Below, in pieces: positions 14,957-27,565 of a stretch of DNA of 64,000 nt. The position numbers were made by a program, and so were the translations under genes. The notes below the pieces were generated by a model that was not told the DNA's origin, ran no database searches, and was given only the letters and a program-made list of their open reading frames with translations. The DNA is from Balanoglossus misakiensis (Eukaryota; Animalia; Hemichordata): assembly GCA_040954595.2 (NCBI GenBank), contig CM082591.2:6739082-6803081 (forward strand). Direction: 5' to 3'. Position 1 is the first letter of the stretch; every line of letters starts with the position of its first letter.

Positions 14957-17865
14957 CCGTCATGTCTTACAGGCAATTACAGTGGGAGCCACAGAAGCCG
15001 ATGATGGCCTCCGGGCGTCTTCAAATTACGGTCGTTGTGTTAAAATTCTTGCCCCAGGGGGCAACATCAGAAGTGCTAGCAACGCTGGTGACGGAAGCTA
15101 CCTATTAATGGGTGGAACCTCGATGGCCACGCCCCATGTCTCTGGTAAGGGTATCTTAGTGTGTCCTACGGCAAAAGAAATTTAAAAGAATTCGACCCTA
15201 TTAAACATGTACAATTATTTATTTAAATCAAAGTGGACACTATTGCCTATCAGAAGTTACCAACTTATGGATGAATCTTGTGGGTTAATTGTTCCCCACT
15301 ACCAGTCAATACAAAGTTAGGTGGTTCTCTATCGGAATGTAATGTTCAGTACTGTGGCTATTAATATGACTCTGATTGTTGTGCAAAATATCCCATTACG
15401 TTTGTTTTCAAACTATGGCAACGGTGATCTTCAGGCATGGTGAAATCATGACCACAAACGCAGAGTGTGTAGCACATGACGTCATTGGTGAAGTCGACAG
15501 TTGAATATAAGTGCGTTAAACAAATTAATTGTGCTATAGACCCCATTCGACAGTACAACGTGTCTATAAGCTCGTGTGTTGATATGTTTTTCTCCTCAAT
15601 ATTTTCTTCAAAGGTGTTGCAGCCCTACTTCTCGAACAAAACAATGGTCTTACACAAAACGAGGTGTTAAATGCGTTGTTGAACGCTGCGGCGTCCAACA
15701 AAATCGATCTATCTGGCGTGCCCGCAGACCATCGTGGACAAACACCCAACGAACTTTTGCAGGTTCCAAATAGTGAATAGATTTGTACGTTCTAAACCCG
15801 TGGTTAATACTTCAGGGAAGCCAGATAGATCATCTCTCCAATGAGGTTACGTCACTCGGGTGAACATTCACGGCGGCTTCTCTTCATACACATTGTGACG
15901 TGTCTTGTTGTCTTGTTTTCACATGACGTTTATATGGGCCATATTGACTTTACGAGCTTACAATCATGCCGGATTATATAGACAGACGTACTTACACAAT
16001 GTTATTGAGCATCTATCGCAGCATAAGATCCGTTATTTCGAGTCATTGAAAATGTGAAAAATGCTTAGGAGAATATTTGCTTGCCCTAAAGTCCTTGCCT
16101 CTAACAAAATTGAGATATACCTGATGGCAAGGAAAGGCAGACATATAGGCAGAGAGACTGATAGACACATAATTATTGATATCACTTAAGCATTGACCCT
16201 TCTTTTCTAGAACAATTGGGATGTTCCATCGTCGACGGAACCGACCTTCGAGGTGCCCACGTTGCAACAGTGGCAAATGTTCAGAGCGCAGAAACATGCT
16301 GTGCCCATTGCCAAGGAAATTTGCAATGTACCTTTTGGACCTGGAGTGTCACAGGAAAGAATTGCTATATGAGAAGCAGTGTCACAGAGGCTGCTGAAAT
16401 ATGGTGGAATGTTGCCGGCGTTGTGTCCAGAGGTAAAAAAGCAATTATGTATCACCCATAACATATTTTCCTTCTAAAATAATGGTTCTCATATAAATAG
16501 CTGCGTTTAACTGAAATATGTGTGCATATATCTATGTTTTGACGATCTCCCTTTTATATAAAGGCGACTGCGTGGAATATATTGCATAATCACATGTTTG
16601 CAGTACGGGCTAAGTATTGACCTCTTTGACACCATGCTAAGAAGGAGTTTATAAAACATTTTTCTTTTATAGTAACACAGTATAAATTGACACGAAAATA
16701 ACTACAGACATGTGCAACCTGTCCCATTGACCGCGATATAGTTACCTACTACATTCTTCGAAATAATATTAAATATGCTAGAATGTAAATATTTAAAGTT
16801 TCATGGAGCGATATATCTTTTGTTATGATACAATATTGTTTTGTCATAATTCGTTTGTGGACTGCATAAAAAATAATTTAGAATGACGAATATAAGAAAC
16901 TTTGATACAATTTAGCTTTCTCAATCGACACTTTGTGCGGTGACCCCAATTGTTAATGTCAAGTTCAGGAGAGGTTATACGAAAAGTTGAACCATCACTT
17001 CTTCAATGGGTATAGACAATTATAAGGATTATGTTGATATTACACTATTAGGATTAAACTTGTTATATATATTTTTATTAACATTCATTTCTTTGTTCTA
17101 GCCCCATTTGACTGTACTCCCATCATGGGAACTGACCTGCGAGGTGCCACCATTAGAACAGTACCAAACATACAGTCATCAGACCAATGCTGTGCACTGT
17201 GTCAAGCAGAAGGTCAATGTACCAATTGGACCTGGAGCGTCTCAGGAAAGAACTGTTACATAAGAAGCAGCGTCACAGAAGTTGCTGACATATGGTGGAA
17301 TGTGGCTGGTTATGTGTCCCGAGGTAAGAAGCGACTTTGATAACTGGGGTATTTTATGTAATGAAGTGCGATGTGTTGTTAACATTTCACCTATAATCGA
17401 TATTCTGATAAGTAACATCATATGTATGACCAAATATCCCCAGAAGAGCCCTCCGAGATACCAGAAATTGTCATGAATTGGAAATCACCAAATGCTCGAC
17501 ATGAGTTGATTTGCCGTTTTTGTTTGGAGTTGATTATGTACATTGATCAGTGGTTGGATGGATAAATAATAGTGTTTGATGGAGCAAGTTTAATTGGATG
17601 GAAGAGGGACTGTCTAGTGTTTGATGGAGCAAGTTTAAGATAATATATAGATATAGAAAATAAAGATTGTGACAGACTGACTGACTGCTGACTGACTATC
17701 AGACTGATTATTTATATTAATGTTTGACAGATTGATTGAATGCTTGGTTGATTAATTGATGGATGGAAGGATGGATGTATGGATGGATGGATGAACTGAT
17801 CTTACTTCATTTCTTTAAAATATTCCTAATATATCTTTCATTTTGTCCTGTTTTATCCAGCATAA
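11590..17865 (+). CDS. Secreted proteinase K/aqualysin-like serine protease (S8A) with two C-terminal PAN/apple domains, copy B (569 aa)
   Basis: 11 coding exons: 11590-11799, 11956-12105, 12655-12784, 13116-13228, 13648-13789, 13951-14135, 14973-15144, 15614-15772, 16211-16432, 17102-17323, 17861-17865. All introns GT-AG with continuous frame. Motifs [13 protein letters not shown] (Asp), HGTHVAG (His), [13 protein letters not shown] (Ser), TPNELL, and two 6-Cys PAN repeats. AATAAA at 17989. Confidence 0.92.
12140..12624. repeat. Compound (TATG)n/(TG)n microsatellite in intron 2 of B
   Basis: Directly visible. Confidence 0.97.
14898..14954. repeat. (ATC)n microsatellite just upstream of the exon 7 acceptor (also 27507-27563 in C; short form near 38930-38955 in D)
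   Basis: Directly visible. Intronic; it produces the spurious poly-Ile ORF starts. Confidence 0.95.
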
Positions 17866-18355
17866 TGTACCTTGGAACCACTTTACCCAGGGAAACGTGA
17901 GAAGACTATACGCCCATTCTGAACATTTTCATTGGTTGCGGGTTTCCTTGATAATGCCGAATTACATGTAATCAAGAATGATTAACTGAATAAAATATCT
18001 ATCTAAGCATATGGTGGTCTGAAGTTATTTGTATGAGAAGTAAAGCAAGTGAAAATAGAGACACAAAATCTTGATGGATAAATTGATGGACTGATTGGTA
18101 TTTATGTGGGTGTATCAATGCATGGACGGGCAACATGTGGATTCGACTCACTTGCCTGTTGTGTGTACAGCTTATGAGGGATTCCGAAAAAGCAGTAGTG
18201 CAATATACGACTTTTCCAACTCTGGGAAATAATCGTCAAGCAGATCTTAACACGAATTTTGACTCAAATGGTGAATATATTGTTAACAGAAGACTGGTTT
18301 CGTCTCAAATTGAATAAATTGCAAACTGACCCCATACAGCTAGACTACATGCAAT

Positions 18356-18824
18356 GCTTTAAAGATGTCGCCATGACGCATTGCACGTCCCAAAATACTC
18401 TCAATTAAAAATTCTATGAATATTACATTTTCAAAAGCTTGCAGTCGAAAACACAAGCCTGTTAGACTGACGTGTAGATACAATATTGTTATTAAAAGAA
18501 TTTTTAAATTCAATTTTGCGTCCAATTTTACTCTTCATATGCCCCGTGTCTACCAGCATCCATGTATGTGTGTATCTATATACATACAATTGTGTAAAAC
18601 AATTTATTGTGCAATCACTGCGTGTCTCCGCTTTGGTGTCACCCAATCTACCAGAGACATTTTTGTGATATAAATAGCTTGTTATTATTTATCAGCGAAA
18701 AAAAGACATTTTAGAGTCAGATCTGGGGTCTCCTCACTGTGAACTGAAAGCGAGGTGAAATAATATTCAATTGTGAGAGATTTTACAATTTGTAGCATGT
18801 TTGTTTTAAAGGTATCACTCTTAA
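18356..18824 (-). repeat. Inverted orphan copy of the subtilase upstream/promoter region, downstream of B (second copy ~30966-31422 downstream of C)
   Basis: GCTTTAAAGATGTCGCCATGACG...GGTATCACTCTTAA matches 2338-3031 on the same strand (minus the 224-bp duplication) and 10388-10855 in reverse. It breaks off at the TTTAAA box. Confidence 0.85.
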
Positions 18825-19071
18825 TAATAATAATCTGAATAAATTGTAAACCTACCTCATACAGATAGACTACGTGCAATACTAGAGTATATCAAAGCAA
18901 TCAGTTAAGAGGGTACCGAGAAGAAGATGGTTGAAGATTTTGTGACCAAAACAAAAAGTATCCCAAAGATGCATTACTGCAGATTTCATCAGGATTACAA
19001 CACATTTGACTGACATCAGACAGAGTGAATAGTCGAAGTTGCAGGGACATCAACTTTTCAAAAGGTAATTG

Positions 19072-20403
19072 CAGACTGACGTGTAGATGCGATGTCGTTA
19101 TTAAAAAGAGTATTTTTAAATTCAATTTTGGATCTAATTAAGTAACTTAAAATGTTCTTCATATGCCCCGTGTCTACCAGCATATATGTATCTATCAACA
19201 TTTGTAAAACCATTTACTGAGCAATATCTGCAATGGTGTCACCCAATCTACCAGAGACATATTTGTGATATGAATAGCTTGTTATTATCTATCAGCAAAG
19301 AAAAACAAAACAATGTTAGAAATGTTGAGTTTTATTTCTGATAATTTATTGACAATGTTGCTTTACCAATGACTGTACATGTACTAGTATTTGCATAATG
19401 TTAATCATGATCTCACTGTACGGCGCCCTCATGAAGCAAAGAGGTGCTACTGTTCTCTTTGCTAACCGGCTGCTATGAGTAGGTTGGTAACTTTTTGTCG
19501 CTCTTTGAAATCGCTCATGAAAGTGTTTAATCGTAGACATCCACTTATATTATTGAGATGTAAATACGTATTAGTGTCTCAAGAACAGGCGACTATAATA
19601 TTTTAGAAGAATGTTCATGGTTTTGTGAGTTTTTGAACATTTATTCATGAAAAGTATCATGAACAGTTACATGCGTTATGGTGTACTGCCATGATGGTCA
19701 AACAATACTTGGACATTATTGTTATCGCGAGCCTGTTTGAAATTTGTGAATATTGGATTAAAACAGTATTTCATGCGTCACAGCATTTTCTGTCATAAAG
19801 CTACATGCATGATTTGTATTTTTTCTTTCGGTTTTGTGAATAAGTATTGTAAAACTTGGTTGCTATGAGTAGCCAGGTACGAATGATGGAGCCGCTGACC
19901 AAATTAATGAAGATACATAATGTGTGTCGGTTCAGTGTATAGGTCGATGTATAGCTGTTTCCCCTGAGTGACTAGGTGTGAAGCCAAAGTACACAATAAA
20001 ATTCCCAACAACAACAACAACAACAACAACAACGACGACAATAACATGGGGGTGCCCTCAGCTTGATTTCCACCATCAAAAAACTGATACGTGTATAATA
20101 GTAGGAACAGCAATATTTGTCATCGCACAATTCTCTTCAGTTCTTGTCAAATTTTGTTTCAAAATATTTTAAAGCGGGTAGATCGTCAAGTTTTTATCCT
20201 TTTGTATAGCGGTTGAATTATCATTCTTCGCTAGATTTCTTGAAACGTACGTAGATTGCATTGGTACAGACGCGATTGGATAGAAGTTTGGGCATAGTAG
20301 AAACTGTTCACGTGACATTTTCACGCGCTATCCATATTTGGTACTTAGTTTGATACATTTGTGAGTTTCTATTGGCTGACATGCCTTGTTTTCGCGGTAA
20401 GTT
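19072..20403 (+). repeat. ~1.3-1.4 kb segment present three times (also ~31670-33052 and ~43195-44586, upstream of D)
   Basis: CAGACTGACGTGTAGATGCGAT...TTTTCGCGGTAAGTT is near-identical in all three places. The last two copies continue through (GA)n GGAGGTGGAGGCCGTAATGG...GTTGAGG. Confidence 0.9.
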
Positions 20404-21498
20404 GGCAAAACTAGAATCTACTTATCCCTACTGACTTGTTAGAGCCTTACTTGGGGATTCTTACACAGTCTGGTATGAAAAATAACTCGAAGATGGTTCT
20501 TTCGCTTCGCGTACAAGAAAAGGACTGGTATTCCCAGGCAGTGTAGATAGCGCGCAGAACAGCGGGCAGCTTGTAAGCTGGGCCCGGGAGATAGAAGTAC
20601 CACTGCCGTGTACAGTAATCATCCTCGCGCTCGTGGAGGCAGACTGCGATTGACGTAAATTTTATGAAGCTGTACAAAGTACCAATAAATTCTGTGTTCG
20701 GACGGAAAGAAATTATAATCGACCGAGAGGAAAACTGCACGAATTGGCTGAGATTTGCAGCGATAATTGCTAGCATGCTCGGCCGCGGCGAAGACACAGT
20801 CGGTGTCACTTAGGCAGCTCAGCGCAGCAATGATTTTTGTGTTGTGCGCCAGCTAAAACAAATTTGTTAAAAGATTAAAAAATTTATAAAGAACTGAGCT
20901 AAGGTTTATACCAAGGGGTGCTTTCAGTTCGTAGCGAGGTAGACTTCGTTACGGGGCCGTCTTTGGTGTGGGACATTGAGCCGTTTTATCTCGTAGTACT
21001 ATCTCTGCGTGCTCCCGGCAACTCAGGGCTAATTTTCTACGTACTAAAGGGACATACATGTACATATTGTAAAATTGTGCCGCAAATACAGGCGCATGCA
21101 CCGTCAGAAATACACAATTGTTCAATAGTGGGCGGTTTTAGCGTGAATAATCAAAATGCACAAGCTGATTGTGGAAACGAAGCTACGTGTGGCGAGCTGA
21201 TTGTCTTACAACCGATGCCTCCCGTATAACGCGGGCGATTCCCAACCGATCTGTTGCGCAGTAATTTCGACTAGAATTTCCGTCTGCAAAACAAAACCCG
21301 TACCGATCACCGTTACCGAGCACACCTCATTCATACGGCACAACGAATCGGCCCCAAAACACCTCACAACTTGTACAACGGCCCCCTTTGAACTTTTAGC
21401 GAGAAAAAAAACATTCAGCCGCAAGCCACATCTTGAAACTTGCTTACACGCATGGAAACAAGTGCATTGTGGGGAAAAATTATGTTTATCAACAAAGT

Positions 21499-21765
21499 GT
21501 GTATGTATGTATGTATGTATGTATGTATGTATGTATGTATGTATGTATGTATGTATGTATGTATGTATGTATGTATGTATGTATGTATGTATGTATGTAT
21601 GTATGTATGTTTGTATGTATGTATGTATGTATGTATGTATGTATGTATGTATGTATGTATGTATGTATGTATGTATGTATGTATGTATGTATGTATGTAT
21701 GTATGTATGTATGTATGTATGTATGTATGTATGTATGTATGTATGTATGTATGTATGTATGTATG

Positions 21766-21796
<31 letters not shown>

Positions 21797-21832
21797 GTAT
21801 GTATGTATGTAAGTATGTATGTATGTTTGTAT
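21499..21832. repeat. (TATG)n microsatellite
   Basis: Directly visible. Duplicate of the 8587-9003 tract. Confidence 0.97.
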
Positions 21833-21899
21833 TGCGCACAAACAGCGATTGCCTGTCTAGCCGGTCATGGAACCGGCGATGAGGATTCAGCTAATATAA

Positions 21900-23092
21900 T
21901 TCATAGTTCCACCCTACGGTATAAGCCACGCCCCCCTCGGTTACTGTTGCTACTGAGCTTGTGGGACATTGACCTCCATAGCTCCACAACGTGGATGGGG
22001 AAACTAGATTCGTTCAGCGCAACGTTCCTGGCGATACTTCTGTATGCTACCTACCAGAGTTAAAAAACCTATCCAAGAAGTCACAGGAAAAGGGTTTAAT
22101 GAGGTATAATTCCCCCGTATTTCGAACGAGTGTGCCTGCATCGCGGACGATAGCGGCCGTATCCCCCCGGGCCGCAGGCTATACTGGGAATGTCGAGTTC
22201 GCGACGCAGGTGCACGAGTGAGGAATACGGGGGAATTATATGTTTAACACATACATAGACCAAGTGTCCATGAAATTGAGCTTCTTTGTGAATTTAAAAC
22301 ATTTCAGCGAAAAAATAGCACTATTTTAAAAGGATCGACAGATCATGTTATGCGGTCGGGGTCGCGGTCACAAACGGACATTAAACCACGATCAGCTGTT
22401 AGTAATAACGGGCCCCGAAGGTTAAGTTTATCGCGCTATTTCTGAGTGAAATCAGACGAAATATGAGACACAAGAGGTATCACTTCACCTGACGATATTT
22501 TTGGTAGGTAAATATGGATGAAAACACTGATAACGCGGCAAATAGTCAGAAAAGTACGTGAACGTTACTTGGATTGACAGCGCGCGGCCCCATTGTTTAC
22601 AACGCCGGACATTTTATAAGGGTCGAACAACATTGACTTTTCGAATGGAAATTGCAAGCAGCATATGAATTTCAAAATTTTCAAACACTTTAGCAATAAA
22701 ATCATTGTTAAATATTCATATTGAAGACGTGTCAGTTTAAAATCTAAACGCAAACTTTTAATATCCACCACCTGAGACACCTCTCTCTCTGTGTTTTTGG
22801 CTTCGGAAACGGAACAAAAAATATACTCGATGTTGGGTCAAGGTACCTTTCATCCGATTTACACGTCCCCCAGGCGCATCTCTTCACTATTCTGGCCGAT
22901 ATTTTAAAACCATTAAGTTCCTGAAACTGAAAAAAACTTCCAGTCTGTCCATCTCTAACTGAGCGTGTACTGTAGGCTGGGCCATGTTGTTGATTATATG
23001 TGGGACAAAATGGCGGTTGTGTGAACAGCATGACTTTTCTCGGCTCTGATTGGCTGAGGGTTCAGTGTGATTGACAACTGTGGAACCATGAA
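21900..23092 (-). mobile_element. Second copy of the THAP-remnant TIR transposon, carried by the segmental duplication
   Basis: Same TIRs, TAA duplication and flanks as 9075-10268. Confidence 0.85.
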
Positions 23093-23671
23093 TAACCGAT
23101 GCAATAGCAAAATATCTGTCCAGCTGATTTGACGTAGCGACTGCACATTACAATGTAACCTCAAATTAAAGCCAAAGGTAGTACATCTCTAAATGTCGCT
23201 TACATTCTTGGTTAAGATTGATACCTTTAAAACAAACATACTACAAATTGTAAAATATCTCAGAATTGAATATTATTTCACCTCGCTTTCAGTTCACAGT
23301 GAGGAGACCACAGATCTGACTCTAAAATGTCTTTTTCCGCTGATAGATAATAACAAGCTATTTATATCACAAAAATGTCTCTGGTAGATTGGGTGACACC
23401 AAAGCGGAGACACGCAGTGATTGCACAATAAATTGTTTTACACAATTGTATGTATATAGATACACACATACATGGATGCTGGTAGACACAGGAAATATGA
23501 AGAATAAAATTGGATGCAAAATTGAATTTAAAAATACTTTTAATAACAATATCGCATCTACACGTCAGTCTAACAGGCTTGTGTTTCCGACTGCAAGCTT
23601 TTGAAAATTTAATATTCATAGAATTTTTAATTGAGAGTATTTTGGGACGTGCGATGCGTCATAGCGACATC

Positions 23672-23777
23672 TTTAAAGCCAGTGTATCGGGAGAACAGTT
23701 GTTACAAGTTTCCACTTCGACATCAGTGATCAGCTCGGTGGCTCGACTTCATCCTCTGTGTAAACTACAGCACTAAG
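23672..23777 (+). promoter_or_regulatory. Putative core promoter and 5' UTR exon of copy C
   Basis: TTTAAA 23672-23677, donor at 23777/23778, acceptor ending 24407. Confidence 0.55.
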
Positions 23778-24413
23778 GTATGTATGTGACTTGTAACTTA
23801 GATGTACATACCAAACATTCAGTCGTCATTCGTTTTGCTATAACCATACAATCCAGTAATCATGATTACTTCAGTTAATGAAAGTCGTTGTTTTTCAAGT
23901 TGAATATGCAGAGAAAGATTTATATCCTGCTCACTGATAAGATCCAACGGAAACACGGGTGTCTAACATGCATCAACATCAAACCTATGTGCACCCATGG
24001 CATATGCTATGAGTTGAACTTTCACTTTATTCTTATTGTATTCGACTACCTAGCCACATTTCTCAACAATGTACATTTTTCTTTTTTTCCCTGAAAATTT
24101 GAAATTTGGTTTCATTTTCCCGGTTTTCGCATGGGAAGTGAGAAAATGTTGTGAAGACCAGTCGCTTAACATATCTCAATGAAGAATATGAATAAACTCC
24201 CAAAACAAATGTAAAATAATCCAAACAATTTGTAATACAGCGACTTGATCAATTTGCAGAGAACGTCAATATAAGAAACGCATTTGTTTGTAAAGTTCCC
24301 CTTGCACTTTAATCCATGTGTACTTGTGGCTGTAAACGTTTCAAGCCATAACTGCAATATGTCAAATCATCTCCATAACATTCCTGTTCAACATCCTGTT
24401 GTTTCAGACAACC

Positions 24414-25080
24414 ATGATCAAATCGCACTCAGTTGTGATTTGGCTATGTGTGATCGCCTTCCTTGGGATACAGATCGCAGAATCCCGAAAGTCGGAGGAG
24501 AAGTTAAGAGAACAGAGAAGAATCCGCGCTCTGCGTCCAAGCTTTGTTAAACGTGAAACTGAAGCTCCGTTGCTTCATGCTGGAGATGAGAAAATAGACG
24601 ATGAATACATTGTGAAACTGAGGGTATGCATACTTAGTGATGTACACATACACATGCACGCACAATGCCATGTTTCATTCTTTTGTCGCACGAACCATTT
24701 TTTATTAATTGGCAGCATGTGAGCTTTCAAGCGAACGTAACACAGACAGAACATAAATGGCAATTTTTGCTTTCATTAAGGACGACCTAACTGACGAAGA
24801 ACTTGCAGAGTTTGAAGAAAAATTCCAAGCACTTGCTGAAGAACATGGATTGCATATTGACTTTCAAATAAATGTGACAAGACTGATGAAAGGCTTTGTT
24901 GCTAGAATTCCTGGAGACGCAGTCCATATAGTATGTATTATTTATTTTATATTATTTATATAAGTGTGTATATGTATGTATGTGTGTGTGTGTGTCTGTC
25001 TATCTGTCTGTCCGTCCTTCCGTCCGTCCGTACGTACGTACGTACGTAAGTACGTATGTATGTATGTATGTATGTATGTA

Positions 25081-25162
<82 letters not shown>

Positions 25163-27506
25163 TATGTATGTATGTATGTATGTATGTATGTATGTATGTA
25201 TGTATGTATGTATGTATGTATGTATGTATGTATGTATGTATGCTTTATTGTATGTTAAATTTCTGCCACAGCTCCGTTGGCTAGATGAGGTCGAATTCGT
25301 AGAAGAAGACGAAGTAGTCCATGCAGCAGAGGAATGGGGTTTGGACAGGATTGATCAGCCCGACCTACCTTTGGACAATCTCTATTCCCCTTACCCATAT
25401 GGTAAGACATTTGGCACTTTAACAAACCTCATGAGGCAGTGCAGGTTTGATAAAATCTACCTTCCATCAAAAACTATTTATTTTCCGGAAGAAGATGAAT
25501 GTGTTATGTCAGGTATTACCTTCAAACCCAAATTTAATGTTCAGCTATGCTTTAATTGGAAGCTAACAATAATCTCGAATAAGTCAATAACATTCTGATC
25601 TTAATGGAATGTACATAACTAAGGAGTTTGGATGTCATTTTTAATTCCACCATTGAAATTGTTTAATCAAATTCACGGCTAAACAAAAGGTCACCTATAA
25701 CAAACTTACGTGTAAGTTTCTGTCCTCCGTAGGGGATGGTAGTGGTGTCAATGTCTTTGTTGTTGACACTGGTATACGCTTTTCTCACAACGAGTTTGGT
25801 GGGAGAGCAGTTCGCTATTCCGATGCATTCAGGGACGGATGGAATGTAAGTTTTTTTTTAATATTATGTATCAATAACGGTGTTTCCAAAATAACACACA
25901 CACAATCAAAAAGACTTGTGTGACTGCATTGCAATTGAACTACTAATCAAAACGAGATTTAGCATATATCATAAACTTAATAAACAATTATGCAATTTTG
26001 ATAGTTAACTGTTGGCTGTAAAATACAGCGCACATTAATGACGATGTTTCGTATCATGTATTTTGTGATTTTCAGTGTAAATTATCAATGTGATTCCTAT
26101 CAACTGGGTTGATAGACAAATCAATTGTCAGTACATGGTTACGTGATTGTATGTGTGTGAGAATAGGTTGTCGTGGAGAAATGTTACATTTCACTCATGT
26201 TCCACTTAGCCATCTGGTTAACAGTCACAATTCAAGCAACGGTTACTATTTAACAGGGAGATGACTGTGATGGACATGGAACTCATGTGGCTGGTACAAT
26301 AGGCGGAAGCACTGTCGGAGTTGCACCTGGTGTTACTTTACACTCAGTTCGAGTTTTCGATTGCGACAGTAGCGGGTCAAACGCAGGAATTATTGGAGGT
26401 GAGGCGAGCCGATTGCAACAACTATACAATTACCCCATATATGTAGAAATGTTACGTTCTTGCAGGTTTGGCCTTTTAAATACAATGACACAAGTAGGGA
26501 TTTTTGACAGGGGTTCCAACATTCCGTTTAATATATTTATGACCATTTTATCCTCAAAGCTATGGATGACGTCGCCGCTTCGAATATGTTACCTGGAGTG
26601 GTTTCTATGTCATTGAGCAGTGGAACTTCCGCAGCTATGAATTTGGCAGTTCAGCGTTTGACCGCTGCTGGATATATCGTGGTTGTTGCAGCTGGAAACC
26701 AACAAACTGACGCATGCACGAGGTCACCCGCATCGGCGCCTGAGGTATGTTACATGGAAAATGATGACGCCCTGAAATATGAGCAATGCTAAAAGTGCAA
26801 TACACCCTTTTCATTAAGCTAGCGCCCTCATGCAGCCATCGTGAATTTGAACTCAAAGCGAGGCCTTTTGGGAAAGCTAACGAATCACATCTAGGGGAAT
26901 TCTCATGTGGGCGCTAGACTCATGAAAAGGGTGTATATGGTACTGCCATTTATTGTCAGGTTCCTGGAATGGCGTGTACATCTGTGTTAAGGCACGCCGC
27001 GTTAAAAAGTGCAAGCATAAAATATTTATGCGCATTAGCGTACCCTCTATGATAAGCATTAAGCTGGCATTTTACATTGTTACAGTTGTAACCATTTTAA
27101 GGGACAAAGTCCCGGTTTTAGAAATTTGTGTGCGCGCTCCACCAAAAAGGTCATCTTTGCTGTTTGAAAAGTGGTGATTTCGTGTATGATATATCTAGAT
27201 GTAATTAGCTACATGCTAAACACATGCTTCAAGAATTTCCCTCGAACGTACACGTCAACATTAATTGGAAATACAGGCTTTGATGAAAAGACGCACTTTT
27301 CATCAAAACGCATAACCTATAATGAGTGTCCATGTGACACGCAGAAATAAATTACTTTGTTTGAAATTTGGTAATTTTGCAATTTAAGGGCAAGGTTTGT
27401 GCATTATTAGTGGTGATAACTGTTTGCATGTGTCTGAATATATTAATCAACCCCATACATTGCAGATGGTTGCCTTCGGGCTAGACATCTTAAACTATAC
27501 CACTTG

Positions 27507-27565
<59 letters not shown>

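Larger units (their letters stand above)
7191..20403 (+). repeat. Segmental tandem duplication, unit 1 (contains gene B)
   Basis: Sequence starting GGCAAAACTAGAATCTAC at 7191 recurs at 20404. The unit ends ...TTTTCGCGGTAAGTT at 20403 and again at 32992. Confidence 0.92.

Noticed and set aside
14895-14972. Poly-isoleucine N-termini that look like signal peptides (also at 27504 and 38960)
   Set aside because: Intronic (ATC)n upstream of the exon 7 acceptor.
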